A DNA stretch of 64,000 nucleotides from Vicinamibacterales bacterium (GTDB lineage Bacteria > Acidobacteriota > Vicinamibacteria > Vicinamibacterales > UBA2999). Shown one piece after another: positions 19,334-30,293 of the stretch. Where the stretch lies: NCBI GenBank assembly GCA_965249205.1, contig CBDFLL010000004.1:776194-840193 (forward strand), in the 5' to 3' direction. A program made the translations under genes and the position numbers. Each line of letters opens with the position of its first letter. Within the stretch, counting starts at the first letter, position 1. The notes beneath the pieces are model-generated. The model was not told the DNA's origin. It made no database searches and saw only the letters and a program-made list of their open reading frames with translations.

Positions 19334-21028
19334 TCAGGCCGTCTCGACTTCGCTGAGGCCAAGTTGTTCGATCATGCGGGCCCGCATGCGGAACTTCTGT
19401 ACCTTGCCCGTCACCGTCATCGGAAACTCCTCCACGAACAGGATGTACCGGGGAATCTTGTAGTGCGCGATTTGACCCTTACAGAACTCGCGGATCTCTT
19501 CCTCATCGGCGCGTTCGCCTCCGGCCAGCTTGATCCAGGCGCAGAGTTCTTCGCCATACTTCTGGTCTGGCACGCCGAACACCTGCACGTCGGCGACCTT
19601 CGGGTGACGGTACAGAAACTCCTCGATCTCGCGTGGATACAAGTTCTCGCCGCCGCGAATCACCATGTCCTTGATTCGGCCGACGATCTTGAAATAGCCG
19701 TCTTCGTCCATGGTCGCCAGGTCGCCCGAGTGCATCCATCCGGCGGCGTCAATCGTCCCGGAGGTGTTGTCGGGATCGTTCCAGTAGCCGCGCATCACGT
19801 GATACCCGCGGGCGCAGAATTCACCAGGCGTGCCGGGCCGAACGATGCGGCCCTCCTCATCGACGATCTTGATCTCAACATGCGGGTGGATGCGACCAAC
19901 CGTGCCGACGCGTCGCTCGAGGGAATCGTCCCGCTCCGTTTGCGTCGACGCAGGGCTCGTCTCGGTCATGCCGTAACCGATGGTCACCTGCTCCATGTGC
20001 ATCTTGTCGATGACCTCCTTCATCACCTCGACCGGGCAGGGCGCGCCAGCCATCATGCCGGTACGCAGGGTACTGAGATCAAACCTGTCGAACTCGGGAT
20101 GTTGCAGCTCAGCGATGAACATGGTCGGTACGCCGAGCACGCCGGTACAACGCTCGGCCTCAATCGCCTTCAGCGTCGCCAGCGGATCGAACGCCTCACT
20201 GGCAAACACCATTACCGCCCCGTGGGTCAGGCACGCGAGGTTGCCGATGACCATGCCGAAGCAGTGGTAGAGCGGCACCGGGATACACAAACGGTCGGCC
20301 TCGGTCATGGCCATGCGTTCGCCGAGAAAATAGCCGTTATTGAGAATGTTGTGATGCGTCAGGGTCGCGCCCTTCGGCAGACCCGTGGTGCCACTGGTGA
20401 ACTGGATATTGATGGGTTCGTCGAACTGAAACGTGTTAGCGAGCGCCTCGACCGCCGCATGGCCGGCGCTGGCCCCGCGCGCCACAATCTCATCGAACGT
20501 ATACATGCCGGCGACATCGCCACCGCCGAACTGAATGACGCAGCGCAAATGCGGCAGCTTCTCGGCGTGCAGGTCGCCAGGAGTGGCAGTGTCGATCTCA
20601 GGCGCAAGCGCACGGATCATGCCGACGTAGTCGCTCGACTTGAAGGCCGCCGCCGTAATCAAGGCCTTGCATTCAACCTTGTTGAGCGCGAATTCGAGTT
20701 CCGCCAGGCGATAGGCGGGATTGATATTCACCAGGATCACGCCGGCCTTGGCGGTCGCGAACTGGGTGACCACCCACTCCATCGTGTTCGGCGACCAGAT
20801 GCCCACGCGCTCGCCCGGTTCGAGACCGAGTGCGATCAGGCCCGCGGCAAGGTCATCGACTCGCGCCTTCAACTCGCCCCAGGTCCACCGGATGTTCTGG
20901 TGACGCACAACCAGAGCATCGCGGTCGCGCCAACGAGCAACCGCTTTGTCAAAGTGCACGCCGATCGTGTCGCCAATCAGCGTCGTGTCCGATGTGCCAT
21001 GCACGTAGCTTTGCGTCAATCCGGCCAT
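19334..21028 (-). CDS. AMP-binding acyl-CoA synthetase (ACSF2/FadD-like)
   Basis: [30 protein letters not shown]; likely ATG at 21028. Confidence 0.93.
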   Translation of the reverse strand: MAGLTQSYVHGTSDTTLIGDTIGVHFDKAVARWRDRDALVVRHQNIRWTWGELKARVDDLAAGLIALGLEPGERVGIWSPNTMEWVVTQFATAKAGVILVNINPAYRLAELEFALNKVECKALITAAAFKSSDYVGMIRALAPEIDTATPGDLHAEKLPHLRCVIQFGGGDVAGMYTFDEIVARGASAGHAAVEALANTFQFDEPINIQFTSGTTGLPKGATLTHHNILNNGYFLGERMAMTEADRLCIPVPLYHCFGMVIGNLACLTHGAVMVFASEAFDPLATLKAIEAERCTGVLGVPTMFIAELQHPEFDRFDLSTLRTGMMAGAPCPVEVMKEVIDKMHMEQVTIGYGMTETSPASTQTERDDSLERRVGTVGRIHPHVEIKIVDEEGRIVRPGTPGEFCARGYHVMRGYWNDPDNTSGTIDAAGWMHSGDLATMDEDGYFKIVGRIKDMVIRGGENLYPREIEEFLYRHPKVADVQVFGVPDQKYGEELCAWIKLAGGERADEEEIREFCKGQIAHYKIPRYILFVEEFPMTVTGKVQKFRMRARMIEQLGLSEVETA

Positions 21029-21092
21029 GTCGTCTTCCCTATTGAAGCAAATAAGGTCCGCCTGTGATCCGCTCGAACGGCCGCACGCTCGT

Positions 21093-21887
21093 TTACTGGC
21101 CCGTGAACCGCGGCTTCCGCTTGTCGAGAAACGCGCGCACACCCTCTCGCCCGTCAGCGGAGACGAGGGAATCGACGATCCCCTCAAGCTCCTTGTCGAG
21201 CTGCGTTTCCATGTCGTTTCTGAAACTCGATCGCAGGAGATCGCGGACCCGGCCGTACGCCTGAGTCGGGCCCATCGCCAGACGGGCTGCAAGGGCTTGG
21301 GTGTGCTGGTGCAGGGCATCAGCCTCCACGACCCCGGTAATGAGACCCCAGTCCAAGGCTTCCTCGGCACTGAGCCGGCGGTTTGTCAGCAACAACTCCT
21401 GCGCGCGGCGTAGTCCCACGAGCTTGCTCAAATGCACCGTCATACTGCCATCTGGAGAAAGCCCGGCGGCCGTATAGGCGGCCGTAAAGGTGGCCGATCG
21501 GGCGGCGTACACCAAGTCGCCGGCAAGCGCCAGGCTCATGCCCCCGCCGGCCGCAACGCCGTTGACGGCAACGACTAGCGGCGCCTTGAGCTTCGCGAGA
21601 TGCTCGAGCGCCGTGTGAAAATCGGCAACCAGTCTGCGCAGCACGGACTTCGGCTCGTCGCCTGCCGTACTGAAGTACTTGAGGTCGCCGCCAACGCTAA
21701 AAAAGTCGCCAGACCCGGTCAGCAGGACAGCCCGCACGCCGGGATCGGCGCGACACGCGGTCGTGGCTTCCAACAAATCTGTCATGAACTCTGGGCCGAC
21801 CCGGTTGGCGATCTCCGGCCGACACATGCGAATGGTGGCCACGCTCTTCTCGACGGAGAACTCTATCGTTTTCTGACTCATGAGCAT
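21093..21887 (-). CDS. Enoyl-CoA hydratase/isomerase (PaaG-like)
   Basis: [35 protein letters not shown]. Confidence 0.92.
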   Translation of the reverse strand: MLMSQKTIEFSVEKSVATIRMCRPEIANRVGPEFMTDLLEATTACRADPGVRAVLLTGSGDFFSVGGDLKYFSTAGDEPKSVLRRLVADFHTALEHLAKLKAPLVVAVNGVAAGGGMSLALAGDLVYAARSATFTAAYTAAGLSPDGSMTVHLSKLVGLRRAQELLLTNRRLSAEEALDWGLITGVVEADALHQHTQALAARLAMGPTQAYGRVRDLLRSSFRNDMETQLDKELEGIVDSLVSADGREGVRAFLDKRKPRFTGQ

Positions 21888-21932
21888 GACCGTGATAGTA
21901 GAGCCACAGAACCCGTCAGGACCATCGGGCCT

Positions 21933-22085
21933 TCACTGCATCATCATGACCGACTTCGTTTCGGTGTACAGATCGATCATCGCACGGCCCATTTCCCGCC
22001 CGATGCCAGACTGCTTGTAGCCCCCGAACGGAAGCGCGTTGTCGAGCAGCCCGTGGCAGTTCACCCACACCGTGCCTGCAGGAAT
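21933..22085 (-). pseudogene. 3' remnant of an aldehyde dehydrogenase gene
   Basis: [30 protein letters not shown]; no further ALDH sequence upstream. Confidence 0.85.
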
Positions 22086-22127
22086 ATAATCAAGACCGTG
22101 TCTGATCATAATCAAGACTCGAGCTTG

Positions 22128-23303
22128 ATGACCGAAGTGCCCAGCCGACCCTATGAGGCCGCGCCCTACCCGTATTTCAGCGAGGAGCACGAACTGTTCC
22201 GCGCGTCGGTGAAGCGTTTTTGCCTCGAAGAGGTAGCCCCACACGCCAATGAATGGGAAGACGCCGGCGGGCATCCCAGGGAGCTCTTCAAAAAGGCCGC
22301 CAATCTCGGGCTGTTCGGGATCCGGATTGACCCCGAGTACGGGGGCGCCGGAATGGATTGGTGGGCTTCGGCGGCGGCGTACGATGCCCTGCAATACACT
22401 GACTTTCCCAGCCTCAACATCGGCTTCATGGATCAGATGGACCTCGCGATCCCGCTGATTGATGAACTGGGCACGGACGAGCTCAAGCGCGAGTTCATGA
22501 GACCCGCTGTGGAGGGCGACAAGATTGGCGCGCTGGCAATCAGCGAGCCTGGTTGCGGGTCGGACGTCGCGGCGATGCGTACGACGGCACGGCACGACGG
22601 CGATGATCTGGTGATCTCAGGGCAGAAACTCTGGATCACGAATGGCACCGTCGCGGACTACGTGTTGCTGGCCGTGCGAACCGCTGAGCCGCGGTACGAC
22701 GGCATCTCGATGGTGGTGTTCCCGACGGACGTGAAGGGGTACACGGTCGGTCGGAAGCTCAAGAAGATCGGCAACGTCGCCTCAGACACGGCCGAGCTGT
22801 TCTTCGACGAGTGCCGCATCCCGAAGCGCTATATCGTCGGGCGTGAGAACCGGGGCTTCCACTACATCATGCAGAACTTCCAGGGCGAACGTCTCGCGAC
22901 CGCCTTGCTGGTGAACTCCTTCATGGATCGTTCCCTGGAACTCGCAATTCAATACGGCAAGGACCGCAACGCGTTCGGCCAGCCGGTTGGAAGTTTCCAG
23001 GTGTGGCGACATCGTTTCGCCGAGCATCGCGCGAGCGTGGAGGCGTCTCGCTGGATGGCGTATCGCGCGACCGATCTGATGAACCGCGGCAAGAAGGCCG
23101 ATCGCGAAGTCACGATGGCCAAGTTGGTCGCCGCGGATCTCGCGCAGCGCGTGACCTACGACTGCCAGCAGATCTTCGGCGGTTTCGGATACACGACTGA
23201 ATATGCGATTGGACGGATTTGGCGCGATATGCGGCTCTACACGATCGGGGCCGGCACGTCAGAGATCATGAAAGAGATTCTGGCTAAGCAAGAGGGGTTC
23301 TAG
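22128..23303 (+). CDS. Acyl-CoA dehydrogenase
   Basis: [35 protein letters not shown]; stop TAG overlaps the IS1595 flank. Confidence 0.93.
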   Translation: MTEVPSRPYEAAPYPYFSEEHELFRASVKRFCLEEVAPHANEWEDAGGHPRELFKKAANLGLFGIRIDPEYGGAGMDWWASAAAYDALQYTDFPSLNIGFMDQMDLAIPLIDELGTDELKREFMRPAVEGDKIGALAISEPGCGSDVAAMRTTARHDGDDLVISGQKLWITNGTVADYVLLAVRTAEPRYDGISMVVFPTDVKGYTVGRKLKKIGNVASDTAELFFDECRIPKRYIVGRENRGFHYIMQNFQGERLATALLVNSFMDRSLELAIQYGKDRNAFGQPVGSFQVWRHRFAEHRASVEASRWMAYRATDLMNRGKKADREVTMAKLVAADLAQRVTYDCQQIFGGFGYTTEYAIGRIWRDMRLYTIGAGTSEIMKEILAKQEGF

Positions 23304-23309
23304 TGGTCT

Positions 23310-24353
23310 CGTGCTTATCCGGTTGTTTCAGCTAACCCCTATATCTTGCGATCAGCCTGGGGGGCGCACGTCCTGCGCGCCGCGAATCCGTCGGGCGGGC
23401 GTGGGCGTCCGTCCGGTCCCCAGGCCCAGCAGGGTCTGAAAGGCGGCCATCGGGTGCCGCCGCCGATTGTGCCGAAACACGAACTCATCGAGGTAGACTT
23501 GTAGTTGCGCCTTGCTGACGCCGTGGTGCGTGCCAATCAACCACTGTTGGCAATTGCCGATGACGCGGTCGGCCAAAGGCACGACGGAGGGCACCCCCCT
23601 GTGCAGGGCGCTCCGGATCGGTTGCGGGCGGGCGACGTGTCTCACGTCAGCGGCCTGGAGCCCATCGAAACTTTTCAGCCCGTCGGTGTAGACCGTCGCC
23701 CCCGGCGCAATGTGGTGAGTGACGAACGCGAGCATCGTCGATTGTTTGAAGTTCGGGATCACGGACATGCGGACCCGACCCGACCGATCCCCGCGTCGTT
23801 CCACCGCCACCAGCACCAGCGCGGCTTTCCGCCCCTTGAGTTGGCGACTGCCGCGCAGGCCGGCCTGGGGCGCGCCCACCCAGGTGTCATCGATCTCCAC
23901 GTCGCCGTACAAGGGCTCCCGCCCCGCGTTCACCATCGCGCGCCGCAGCTTGTGCAACAGCAGCCACGCCGTTTCGTACCGCCGCAGGCCCAACTGCCGC
24001 TGCAGCAGGAGCGCCGAGAGGCCCCGCTTGTCGGTAACCGTCAAATAGGCCGCCCAGAACCACACCAGGAGCGGCGTCTTCGTGTTGTGGAGAATCGTCC
24101 CGGCGGTCAGCGACACCTGATACCGGCACGCCGCACATTGCCAGCGCCGGTGTGTGGTCAGGCGATAGCCGCGCGCGTGCCGGCACCGGGGACACACAAA
24201 GCCGTCCGGCCAGCGGCACGCCGCCAAGTAGTCCTGACAGGCCTCGGCGGTCGCAAATTGCCGCTGAAACTCCCGGAGATTCTTCGGAAACGACGGGCGC
24301 GCCACGCCGATACACTACCGGTGGTGGCTTGCTGAAACAACCGGATAAGCACG
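23310..24353 (-). mobile_element. IS1595-family element (ISSod11-like ends), copy 1
   Basis: Perfect 23-bp IRs CGTGCTTATCCGGTTGTTTCAGC at 23310-23332 and 24331-24353. Confidence 0.92.
23352..24305 (-). CDS. IS1595-family transposase
   Basis: RWPDGFVCPRC..C..C zinc ribbon, VEIDD, YTDG, YLDEFVFRHNRR. Confidence 0.95.
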   Translation of the reverse strand: MARPSFPKNLREFQRQFATAEACQDYLAACRWPDGFVCPRCRHARGYRLTTHRRWQCAACRYQVSLTAGTILHNTKTPLLVWFWAAYLTVTDKRGLSALLLQRQLGLRRYETAWLLLHKLRRAMVNAGREPLYGDVEIDDTWVGAPQAGLRGSRQLKGRKAALVLVAVERRGDRSGRVRMSVIPNFKQSTMLAFVTHHIAPGATVYTDGLKSFDGLQAADVRHVARPQPIRSALHRGVPSVVPLADRVIGNCQQWLIGTHHGVSKAQLQVYLDEFVFRHNRRRHPMAAFQTLLGLGTGRTPTPARRIRGAQDVRPPG

Positions 24354-24466
24354 AGACCACTAGCGGCGGTGTGGCGATCGCGCCGTGGGTGACCGCGGAC
24401 GAGGCTGTCCGCGGTCAGGATCCCACCTGGAGGTGAGGAACCTGGCCTGCGGAACACCGAACGATG

Positions 24467-24519
24467 TTGACGGAATTCGCCAAGGTCGCATAAAATACGA
24501 CTAATGAAGTCGGGTTTTA
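24467..24519 (+). promoter_or_regulatory. Sigma70-type promoter overlapped by an IscR type-1-like operator
   Basis: TTGACG (24467)-N18-TAAAAT (24491); dyad AAATACGACTAATGAAGTCGGGTTT with GACT-N5-AGTC core, upstream of iscR. Confidence 0.72.
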
Positions 24520-24566
24520 AGGGCGGAGTGGTGGTGGCTGCAGGGTATTAGACCCGCGAGGAAGGC

Positions 24567-25019
24567 ATGCTGCGACTATCGAAAAAGGCCGACTACGCGC
24601 TCATGGCCGTGAGGCATCTGGCTCTGCCGGATTCACCCTCATCCACGAGCGCACGGGAGATTGCCGAGCAGTACGACATTCCGCTCGAGCTGATGGCGAA
24701 GGTGCTTCAGCGGCTCGTGCGGGCCGGCTTACTGATCTCGACGCAAGGGACACGGGGTGGCTACACGCTGAGCCGGCTGCCGGCGGCGATCAGCGTGGCC
24801 GACGTGATTCAGGCGATCGACGGGCCATTCACGGTGACTGCCTGTTCAACGGACAACAACGATTGTGATCAGTACAGCAAGTGCAGTATTCGCGACCCGC
24901 TCTGGCAGATTCGAGAGCGAATTGCAGCGACCCTTGACACGGTAACCATTGCCGAAATGGCGGCAGAGAGTGATGCGGTGGAGGTGCCGATGGCGCACAC
25001 CGCGGTGATAAGACTATGA
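24567..25019 (+). CDS. iscR: Rrf2-family Fe-S cluster regulator
   Basis: Rrf2 wHTH (GTRGGY), three Cys (C-X6-C-X5-C), first gene of the isc operon. Confidence 0.85.
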   Translation: MLRLSKKADYALMAVRHLALPDSPSSTSAREIAEQYDIPLELMAKVLQRLVRAGLLISTQGTRGGYTLSRLPAAISVADVIQAIDGPFTVTACSTDNNDCDQYSKCSIRDPLWQIRERIAATLDTVTIAEMAAESDAVEVPMAHTAVIRL

Positions 25020-26230
25020 AGCTTCCGATTTACATGGACTATCACGCCACGACACCCGTGGATCCGCGTGTGCTGGAGGCGATGCTGCCCTATTTCACCG
25101 AATGCTTCGGTAATGCGGCGAGCCGGAATCACGCCTTCGGGTGGGCTGCGGAAGAGGCAGTGGACAAGGGCCGTAAGCAAGTGGCGGATCTCATCGGTGC
25201 GAAACCGAAGGAGGTCATTTTCACAAGCGGAGCCACAGAATCCAACAACCTGGCCATCAAGGGCGTCGCGGAGATGTACCGCGAGAAGGGCAACCACGTC
25301 ATCACGTGTGTGATCGAGCACAAGGCGGTCATCGACACGTGCAAGAAGCTGGAAAAGCAGGGGGGGCGCGTCACCTACCTGCCCGTACAGAAGGACGGGC
25401 GCATCGACCTGGACGAGCTTCGCGCGGCGATTACGGACAAGACGATCCTGATCACGATCATGACGGCCAACAACGAGATCGGCGTGCTCCAGCCGGTGGC
25501 CGAGATTGGTGCGATTGCCAAGGAGAAGGGGATTCTGTTTCACACCGACGCGGTTCAGGCGGTTGGCAAGGTGCCGTTCGACGTCAACGAGGTCAAGGCC
25601 GACCTGGTATCTCTCTCTGCCCACAAGATGTACGGCCCGAAGGGGGTGGGGGCGTTGTACGTGCGTCGCCGCAATCCACGTGTGCTGCTGGCCGAGCAGA
25701 TCAGCGGTGGCGGTCACGAGCGCGGCATGCGCTCAGGCACGCTGAACGTGGTGGGCATCGTGGGGCTCGGCAAGGCTGCGGAGATCTGCCAGGCCGACAT
25801 GGCCGCTGACGCAGCACGTCTGCTGGCTCTGCGCGAGCGCTTAAACAAGAAGTTTCACCAGAACCTGGACGAGATTTACATCAATGGCTCGATGGAGCAC
25901 CGGCTGCCGCACAACATGAATATCAGCTTCGCGTATGTCGAAGGCGAATCGTTACTGATGGGTATCAATGATGTAGCGGTGTCGTCAGGTTCCGCATGCA
26001 CGTCCGCCAGCCTCGAACCCTCGTATGTGCTGAAGGCACTCGGCGCAGGTGACGACCTGGCACATTCGTCCATTCGGTTCGGACTGGGGCGGTGGAGTAC
26101 GGAAGAGGAGGTCGACTACGTTGTGGACAAGCTCACGGACGTCGTGCGGCGCCTCCGCGAAATGTCGCCACTGTACGAAATGGTGAAGGAAGGCGTGGAC
26201 CTTTCGAAGATGCAGTGGATTGCGCACTAA
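25016..26230 (+). CDS. iscS: Cysteine desulfurase
   Basis: [26 protein letters not shown]-terminal SPLYEM. Confidence 0.97.
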   Translation: MKLPIYMDYHATTPVDPRVLEAMLPYFTECFGNAASRNHAFGWAAEEAVDKGRKQVADLIGAKPKEVIFTSGATESNNLAIKGVAEMYREKGNHVITCVIEHKAVIDTCKKLEKQGGRVTYLPVQKDGRIDLDELRAAITDKTILITIMTANNEIGVLQPVAEIGAIAKEKGILFHTDAVQAVGKVPFDVNEVKADLVSLSAHKMYGPKGVGALYVRRRNPRVLLAEQISGGGHERGMRSGTLNVVGIVGLGKAAEICQADMAADAARLLALRERLNKKFHQNLDEIYINGSMEHRLPHNMNISFAYVEGESLLMGINDVAVSSGSACTSASLEPSYVLKALGAGDDLAHSSIRFGLGRWSTEEEVDYVVDKLTDVVRRLREMSPLYEMVKEGVDLSKMQWIAH

Positions 26231-26254
26231 GGGCTTTTAGGCTAGGAGAACCAG

Positions 26255-26686
26255 ATGGCTTACTCAGACAAGGTAATTGACCACTACGAGCATCCCCGCA
26301 ACGTTGGATCGCTTCCAAAGAGCGACGTCAACGTGGGCACCGGTTTAGTTGGTGCCCCGGAATGCGGCGACGTCATGAAGCTCCAGGTGCAGATCAACCC
26401 GGAGACTGGCGTTATTGATGACGCGAAGTTCAAGACGTTCGGGTGCGGGTCGGCAATCGCCAGTTCAAGCCTGGCGACGGAGTGGCTCAAAGGCAAGACG
26501 GTCGATCAGGCGCTCGCGATCAAGAACACGGACATCGTGACCGAGCTGGCGCTCCCGCCGGTCAAGATTCACTGTTCGGTGCTCGCAGAGGATGCGATCA
26601 AGGCGGCGATTGCCGACTACAAGAAGAAGCGCGACGAGAGCAAGCCGGGCGAGACTGTTGGCGCGCACGCGCAGCCGAGTGCCTGA
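26255..26686 (+). CDS. iscU: Fe-S scaffold protein
   Basis: GAPECGD, FGCGSAIAS, LPPVKIHC. Confidence 0.97.
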   Translation: MAYSDKVIDHYEHPRNVGSLPKSDVNVGTGLVGAPECGDVMKLQVQINPETGVIDDAKFKTFGCGSAIASSSLATEWLKGKTVDQALAIKNTDIVTELALPPVKIHCSVLAEDAIKAAIADYKKKRDESKPGETVGAHAQPSA

Positions 26687-26746
26687 AGACTTCCATGATC
26701 CAGCCCCGGACGCCTTGTACGGGTGCTGGACTGGGTGGTGGCGAGG

Positions 26747-27073
26747 ATGATTGAGATTAGCGAGACCGCGGCAAAGAAGATTCGGTCGCTGATGGCCAAG
26801 CAGGGCATCAGCGACGGTGGTCTCCGCGTGGGCGTCAAGGGCGGTGGGTGCTCTGGACTCAGCTATACGTTTGGGTGGGATCGGGAGCCGCGGCTTGGCG
26901 ACGAGGTGTTCGAGGGGCCTGATGGCGCCAAGCTGTTCGTTGACCGCAAAAGCCTCTTGTTCCTCAAAGGCACGACGCTCGACTATGACACGGCGCTGCT
27001 CAACCAGGGTTTTGTCTTTCACAACCCGAACGCCAAACAGACTTGCGGCTGCGGCAGCTCGTTCGGCGCATGA
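26747..27073 (+). CDS. iscA: A-type Fe-S carrier
   Basis: GGGCSG, CGCGSSF. Confidence 0.95.
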   Translation: MIEISETAAKKIRSLMAKQGISDGGLRVGVKGGGCSGLSYTFGWDREPRLGDEVFEGPDGAKLFVDRKSLLFLKGTTLDYDTALLNQGFVFHNPNAKQTCGCGSSFGA

Positions 27074-27101
27074 CGCGCCGCGGGGGGTGGCCCGCACATT
27101 C

Positions 27102-27812
27102 ATGACTCCCGAACCGATTCCCGTGCGTTCTGCGTCGATGCTCGAGTGCCGCAATTGCGGTGCGGGCGCGCCCGTCGACGAGCATTTCTGCCAGCAGTGC
27201 AGCCGGATTCTCGCGCTCGGCCGGCATGGCGACTATTTTTCGTTCCTGGGTTTACCGAGGCGGCTCGGTGTCGATCTGCAGGATCTCGAGCGTCGCTTCC
27301 GTGACCTGAGCCGAAAATTTCATCCCGACTACTTCTACAACGCGCCACCGACCGAGCGACTGGCCAGTCTGGAGCGATCGTCATATCTGAACGACGCGTA
27401 TCGCACCCTGAAGGACGCCTCGGCTCGCATTGAGCACCTGCTTGCCGTGGAGGGACTGCCTCCCGCGGCGTCGGATGAAGGCGGCGTGAAGGTGCCGCCG
27501 GCGCTGCTTGAGGAAGTGTTTGCGCTCAACGAGGAACTCGACGAGATTCGGGAGCTTCGGGAGTCGGGCGGCGACCCGGCCTCGCTCCGCGCGCGGCTCG
27601 ATGCGGCGCGAGCGCCGATCGAGCGGAAGCGCGACGAGCATGAGCGTCGGATCAAGGAACTGGGAGGCCGGTGGGATGGCGAGGCTGACACGCCGGCCGG
27701 CGAGCGCCTGGCCACCCTCGCGGCGTTGCGTGAGCAACTGCTCGAGCGCAAGTACATAGACAATTTGCTCGCCACTATCGATCGTGAGGCGGCTGGTCTG
27801 GGCGCGCCATGA
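27102..27812 (+). CDS. hscB: Fe-S co-chaperone with N-terminal CxxC/CxxC ribbon
   Basis: J-domain HPD, NDAYRTL; CRNC..CQQC; position in isc operon. Confidence 0.9.
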   Translation: MTPEPIPVRSASMLECRNCGAGAPVDEHFCQQCSRILALGRHGDYFSFLGLPRRLGVDLQDLERRFRDLSRKFHPDYFYNAPPTERLASLERSSYLNDAYRTLKDASARIEHLLAVEGLPPAASDEGGVKVPPALLEEVFALNEELDEIRELRESGGDPASLRARLDAARAPIERKRDEHERRIKELGGRWDGEADTPAGERLATLAALREQLLERKYIDNLLATIDREAAGLGAP

Positions 27813-29668
27813 GCCAGGTTGTTGGCATCGATCTTGGTACGACCAATAGCCTGGTCGCTTACGTCAAGGACGGTGAGCCGGTCGTGATCCGTGACGCCTC
27901 CGGCGACGCGCTGGTGCCGTCGATCGTGTCCATCGGCGAGCACGGGGCGGTCGTCGTTGGACGCGAGGCGCAACGGCGTTTGCTCACGGCGCCCGCCAGC
28001 ACCGTGTACTCGGTCAAGCGCTTCATGGGCCAGGGTGTCGAGGATGTCCACGAGGATGCGGGCCTGTTGCCGTTTGGCATCGGCGGCGATCCTGGCGGCG
28101 TCGTGCGGCTTTCGATCGCGGGGCGGGAGTTTACCCCGCCGGAGATATCCGCGCTTGTGCTGCGGGAGTTGAAGGGCCGCGCTGAGGAGCATTTCCGGGA
28201 ACAGGGCGAGTTCGACTTCGAAGTTGATCGGGCCGTGATCACAGTGCCTGCCTACTTCAACGACGCCCAGCGAACGGCGACGCGCGATGCCGGACGGCTC
28301 GCAGGGCTCGAAGTGTTGCGCATAATCAACGAGCCGACCGCGGCGTCGCTCGCGTACGGAATGGCCGCGCGCGACCGAGGCACGATCGCGGTGTACGACT
28401 TCGGCGGCGGAACCTTCGACGTGTCCATTCTGAAGGTTGAAGACGGCGTGTTCCAGGTGTTGTCCACCAATGGCGACACGCATCTGGGTGGCGACGACAT
28501 CGACGCGCTGCTCACGGCAGAGGTGAGGCGAGCGATCGCCGGCGCCGCGCTGGAGCATGGCAACGCCGAAACGATACAGGCTGTTCGCAAGGCCGCGATT
28601 CAGGCGAAGTGGGATCTCTCCAGCGAGGAGGACACCGAGCTTCGCGTCGAGCCGATGGCCGGCGTGCCGGACGGGTACCGGCGGCGCATGACGCGCACCG
28701 ACTTCGAGCGCATGATTCTGCCGCTCGTCGAACGCACGCTGGGGCCGTGTCGCCAGGCGCTGGCCGACGCGGGACTCGGGCCGAACGATATCGAGGAAGT
28801 CGTACTCGTGGGCGGATCGACACGCATCCCGCTGGTTCGCCGCCTCGTGCATGAACTCTTCGAGCGCGAGCCTCATTCGGAGCTGAATCCTGACGAGGTC
28901 GTGGCGCTGGGTGCGGCCGTGCAGGCAGACATTCTTGTCAGCGGGCGTCGTGAAATGCTCCTGCTCGACGTGACCCCGCTCTCTCTCGGTATCGAGACCA
29001 TGGGCGGGGTGATGTCGAAGATCATTCTGCGGAATTCGACGATCCCTGCAAGTGGGCGGGAGATGTTCACCTCCTTCGCCGACAGCCAGACGGCCGTCGA
29101 CGTGCACGTGCTCCAGGGCGAGCGAGAGCTGGTGGCCGACTGCCGGTCCCTGGCGCGTTTCCGCCTGCGCGGCATTCCGCCGATGCCCGCTGGCATGCCG
29201 CGCATCGAGGTCCAGTTCCAGATCGATGCTAACGGCATCCTCAGCGTCAGTGCGAAGGAGCTACGGACCTCCGTCGAGCAGACGATCGAGGTCAAGCCGT
29301 CGTACGGGCTCACCGACGAGGAGGTTGAGCGCATGCTGATCGAGTCGTTCGAGCATGCGGAGACGGACATCGAGGCGCGTCTGCTCATCGAGGCTCGCAA
29401 TGAAGCGGAGACGGTGATTCATGCGACCGAGAAGTCGCTTCGTCGGCCGGATTTCGATCAACTGGCCGCCGACGCGCTTGAGCCGGGAGAGCGGCAGCGC
29501 ATCGAGCAGGCGCTGTCAGAGGCGAAACACGTACTCGGGGGGGTTGATCGGGACCTCATACTCCAGACGACCGAGGCGCTCAACAAGGCGACCCGCCAAC
29601 TTGCCGAGGTCGTGATGAACCGCAGCGTACGAGAAGCTCTGGCGGGGAAGAATGTAAGAGACGTCTGA
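27809..29668 (+). CDS. hscA: Fe-S assembly Hsp70 chaperone
   Basis: GIDLGTTNS, DFGGGTFD, LLDVTPLSLGIETMGG, KPSYGL; follows hscB. Confidence 0.92.
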   Translation: MSQVVGIDLGTTNSLVAYVKDGEPVVIRDASGDALVPSIVSIGEHGAVVVGREAQRRLLTAPASTVYSVKRFMGQGVEDVHEDAGLLPFGIGGDPGGVVRLSIAGREFTPPEISALVLRELKGRAEEHFREQGEFDFEVDRAVITVPAYFNDAQRTATRDAGRLAGLEVLRIINEPTAASLAYGMAARDRGTIAVYDFGGGTFDVSILKVEDGVFQVLSTNGDTHLGGDDIDALLTAEVRRAIAGAALEHGNAETIQAVRKAAIQAKWDLSSEEDTELRVEPMAGVPDGYRRRMTRTDFERMILPLVERTLGPCRQALADAGLGPNDIEEVVLVGGSTRIPLVRRLVHELFEREPHSELNPDEVVALGAAVQADILVSGRREMLLLDVTPLSLGIETMGGVMSKIILRNSTIPASGREMFTSFADSQTAVDVHVLQGERELVADCRSLARFRLRGIPPMPAGMPRIEVQFQIDANGILSVSAKELRTSVEQTIEVKPSYGLTDEEVERMLIESFEHAETDIEARLLIEARNEAETVIHATEKSLRRPDFDQLAADALEPGERQRIEQALSEAKHVLGGVDRDLILQTTEALNKATRQLAEVVMNRSVREALAGKNVRDV

Positions 29669-30087
29669 TGCCTAAAGTCACTTTCATCCATCAAGACAAG
29701 ACGGAACAGACCGTGGAATTCGAGCACGGCAAGCTGGAATATCACGAGCACGGTCTACCGGAGTCGTTCTTGGACATCGCGATGAACATCGGTCTGCATC
29801 TGGAGCACGCCTGCGGTGGCAGTTGCGCCTGCACGACCTGTCATCTCATCGTTCGCGAGGGCATGGAGAACCTGAGCGAGATGGAGGACGACGAAGCGGA
29901 TCGCCTTGACACCGCGTGGGAACTCACGACGAGTTCGCGACTTGGTTGCCAGGCCGTGGTGAAAGGGGACGTCGTCGTCGAATTCCCGATGTACACGCGC
30001 AACTACGTTCAGGAAGGCGGTGCAATTCAGCTCGGCCAGCCGGACGACAGAGAGAAAGCCCGAAAAGAGGCGGAGGCGCAGTCGTGA
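29668..30087 (+). CDS. fdx: ISC-type [2Fe-2S] ferredoxin
   Basis: HACGGSCACTTCH, SRLGCQ. Confidence 0.93.
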   Translation: MPKVTFIHQDKTEQTVEFEHGKLEYHEHGLPESFLDIAMNIGLHLEHACGGSCACTTCHLIVREGMENLSEMEDDEADRLDTAWELTTSSRLGCQAVVKGDVVVEFPMYTRNYVQEGGAIQLGQPDDREKARKEAEAQS

Positions 30088-30293
30088 CGTGGGTCGATTC
30101 CGAAGACATCGGCATCGCGCTGTTCGAGAAGTTCCCGTCGATCGACCCGCTGACGGTGAGGTTCACCGATCTGCGCGAGAAGGTCCTACAGCTGGAAGGC
30201 TTCGACGATGATCCGAATGCATCGAATGAACCCAGGTTGGAGGCGATTCAAATGGCGTGGTACGAAGAGCGACAAGAAGCGCAGGAGGAATGA
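30084..30293 (+). CDS. iscX: Fe-S assembly protein IscX
   Basis: W-DSEDI, DPLTVRFTDL, FDDDP, NE--LEAIQMAW; GTG overlaps fdx stop. Confidence 0.92.
   Translation: MTWVDSEDIGIALFEKFPSIDPLTVRFTDLREKVLQLEGFDDDPNASNEPRLEAIQMAWYEERQEAQEE

Noticed and set aside
19145-21067. 640-aa plus-strand ORF, and similar long antisense ORFs (1093..2250, 12883..14097, 27335..29107, 40121..41605)
   Set aside because: Shadow frames of well-supported opposite-strand genes in high-GC DNA; no recognisable motifs.
21600-22127. N-terminal extensions given by the ORF track for the acyl-CoA dehydrogenase (likewise hscB, the acyl-CoA ligase, korA and sod)
   Set aside because: They overlap neighbouring genes; family motifs and RBS positions support downstream starts.
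23300-24363. Reading the perfect 33-bp inverted repeat as the IS1595 terminal repeat
   Set aside because: Copy 2 shares only the inner 23-25 bp, so the outer part is flank or target sequence.
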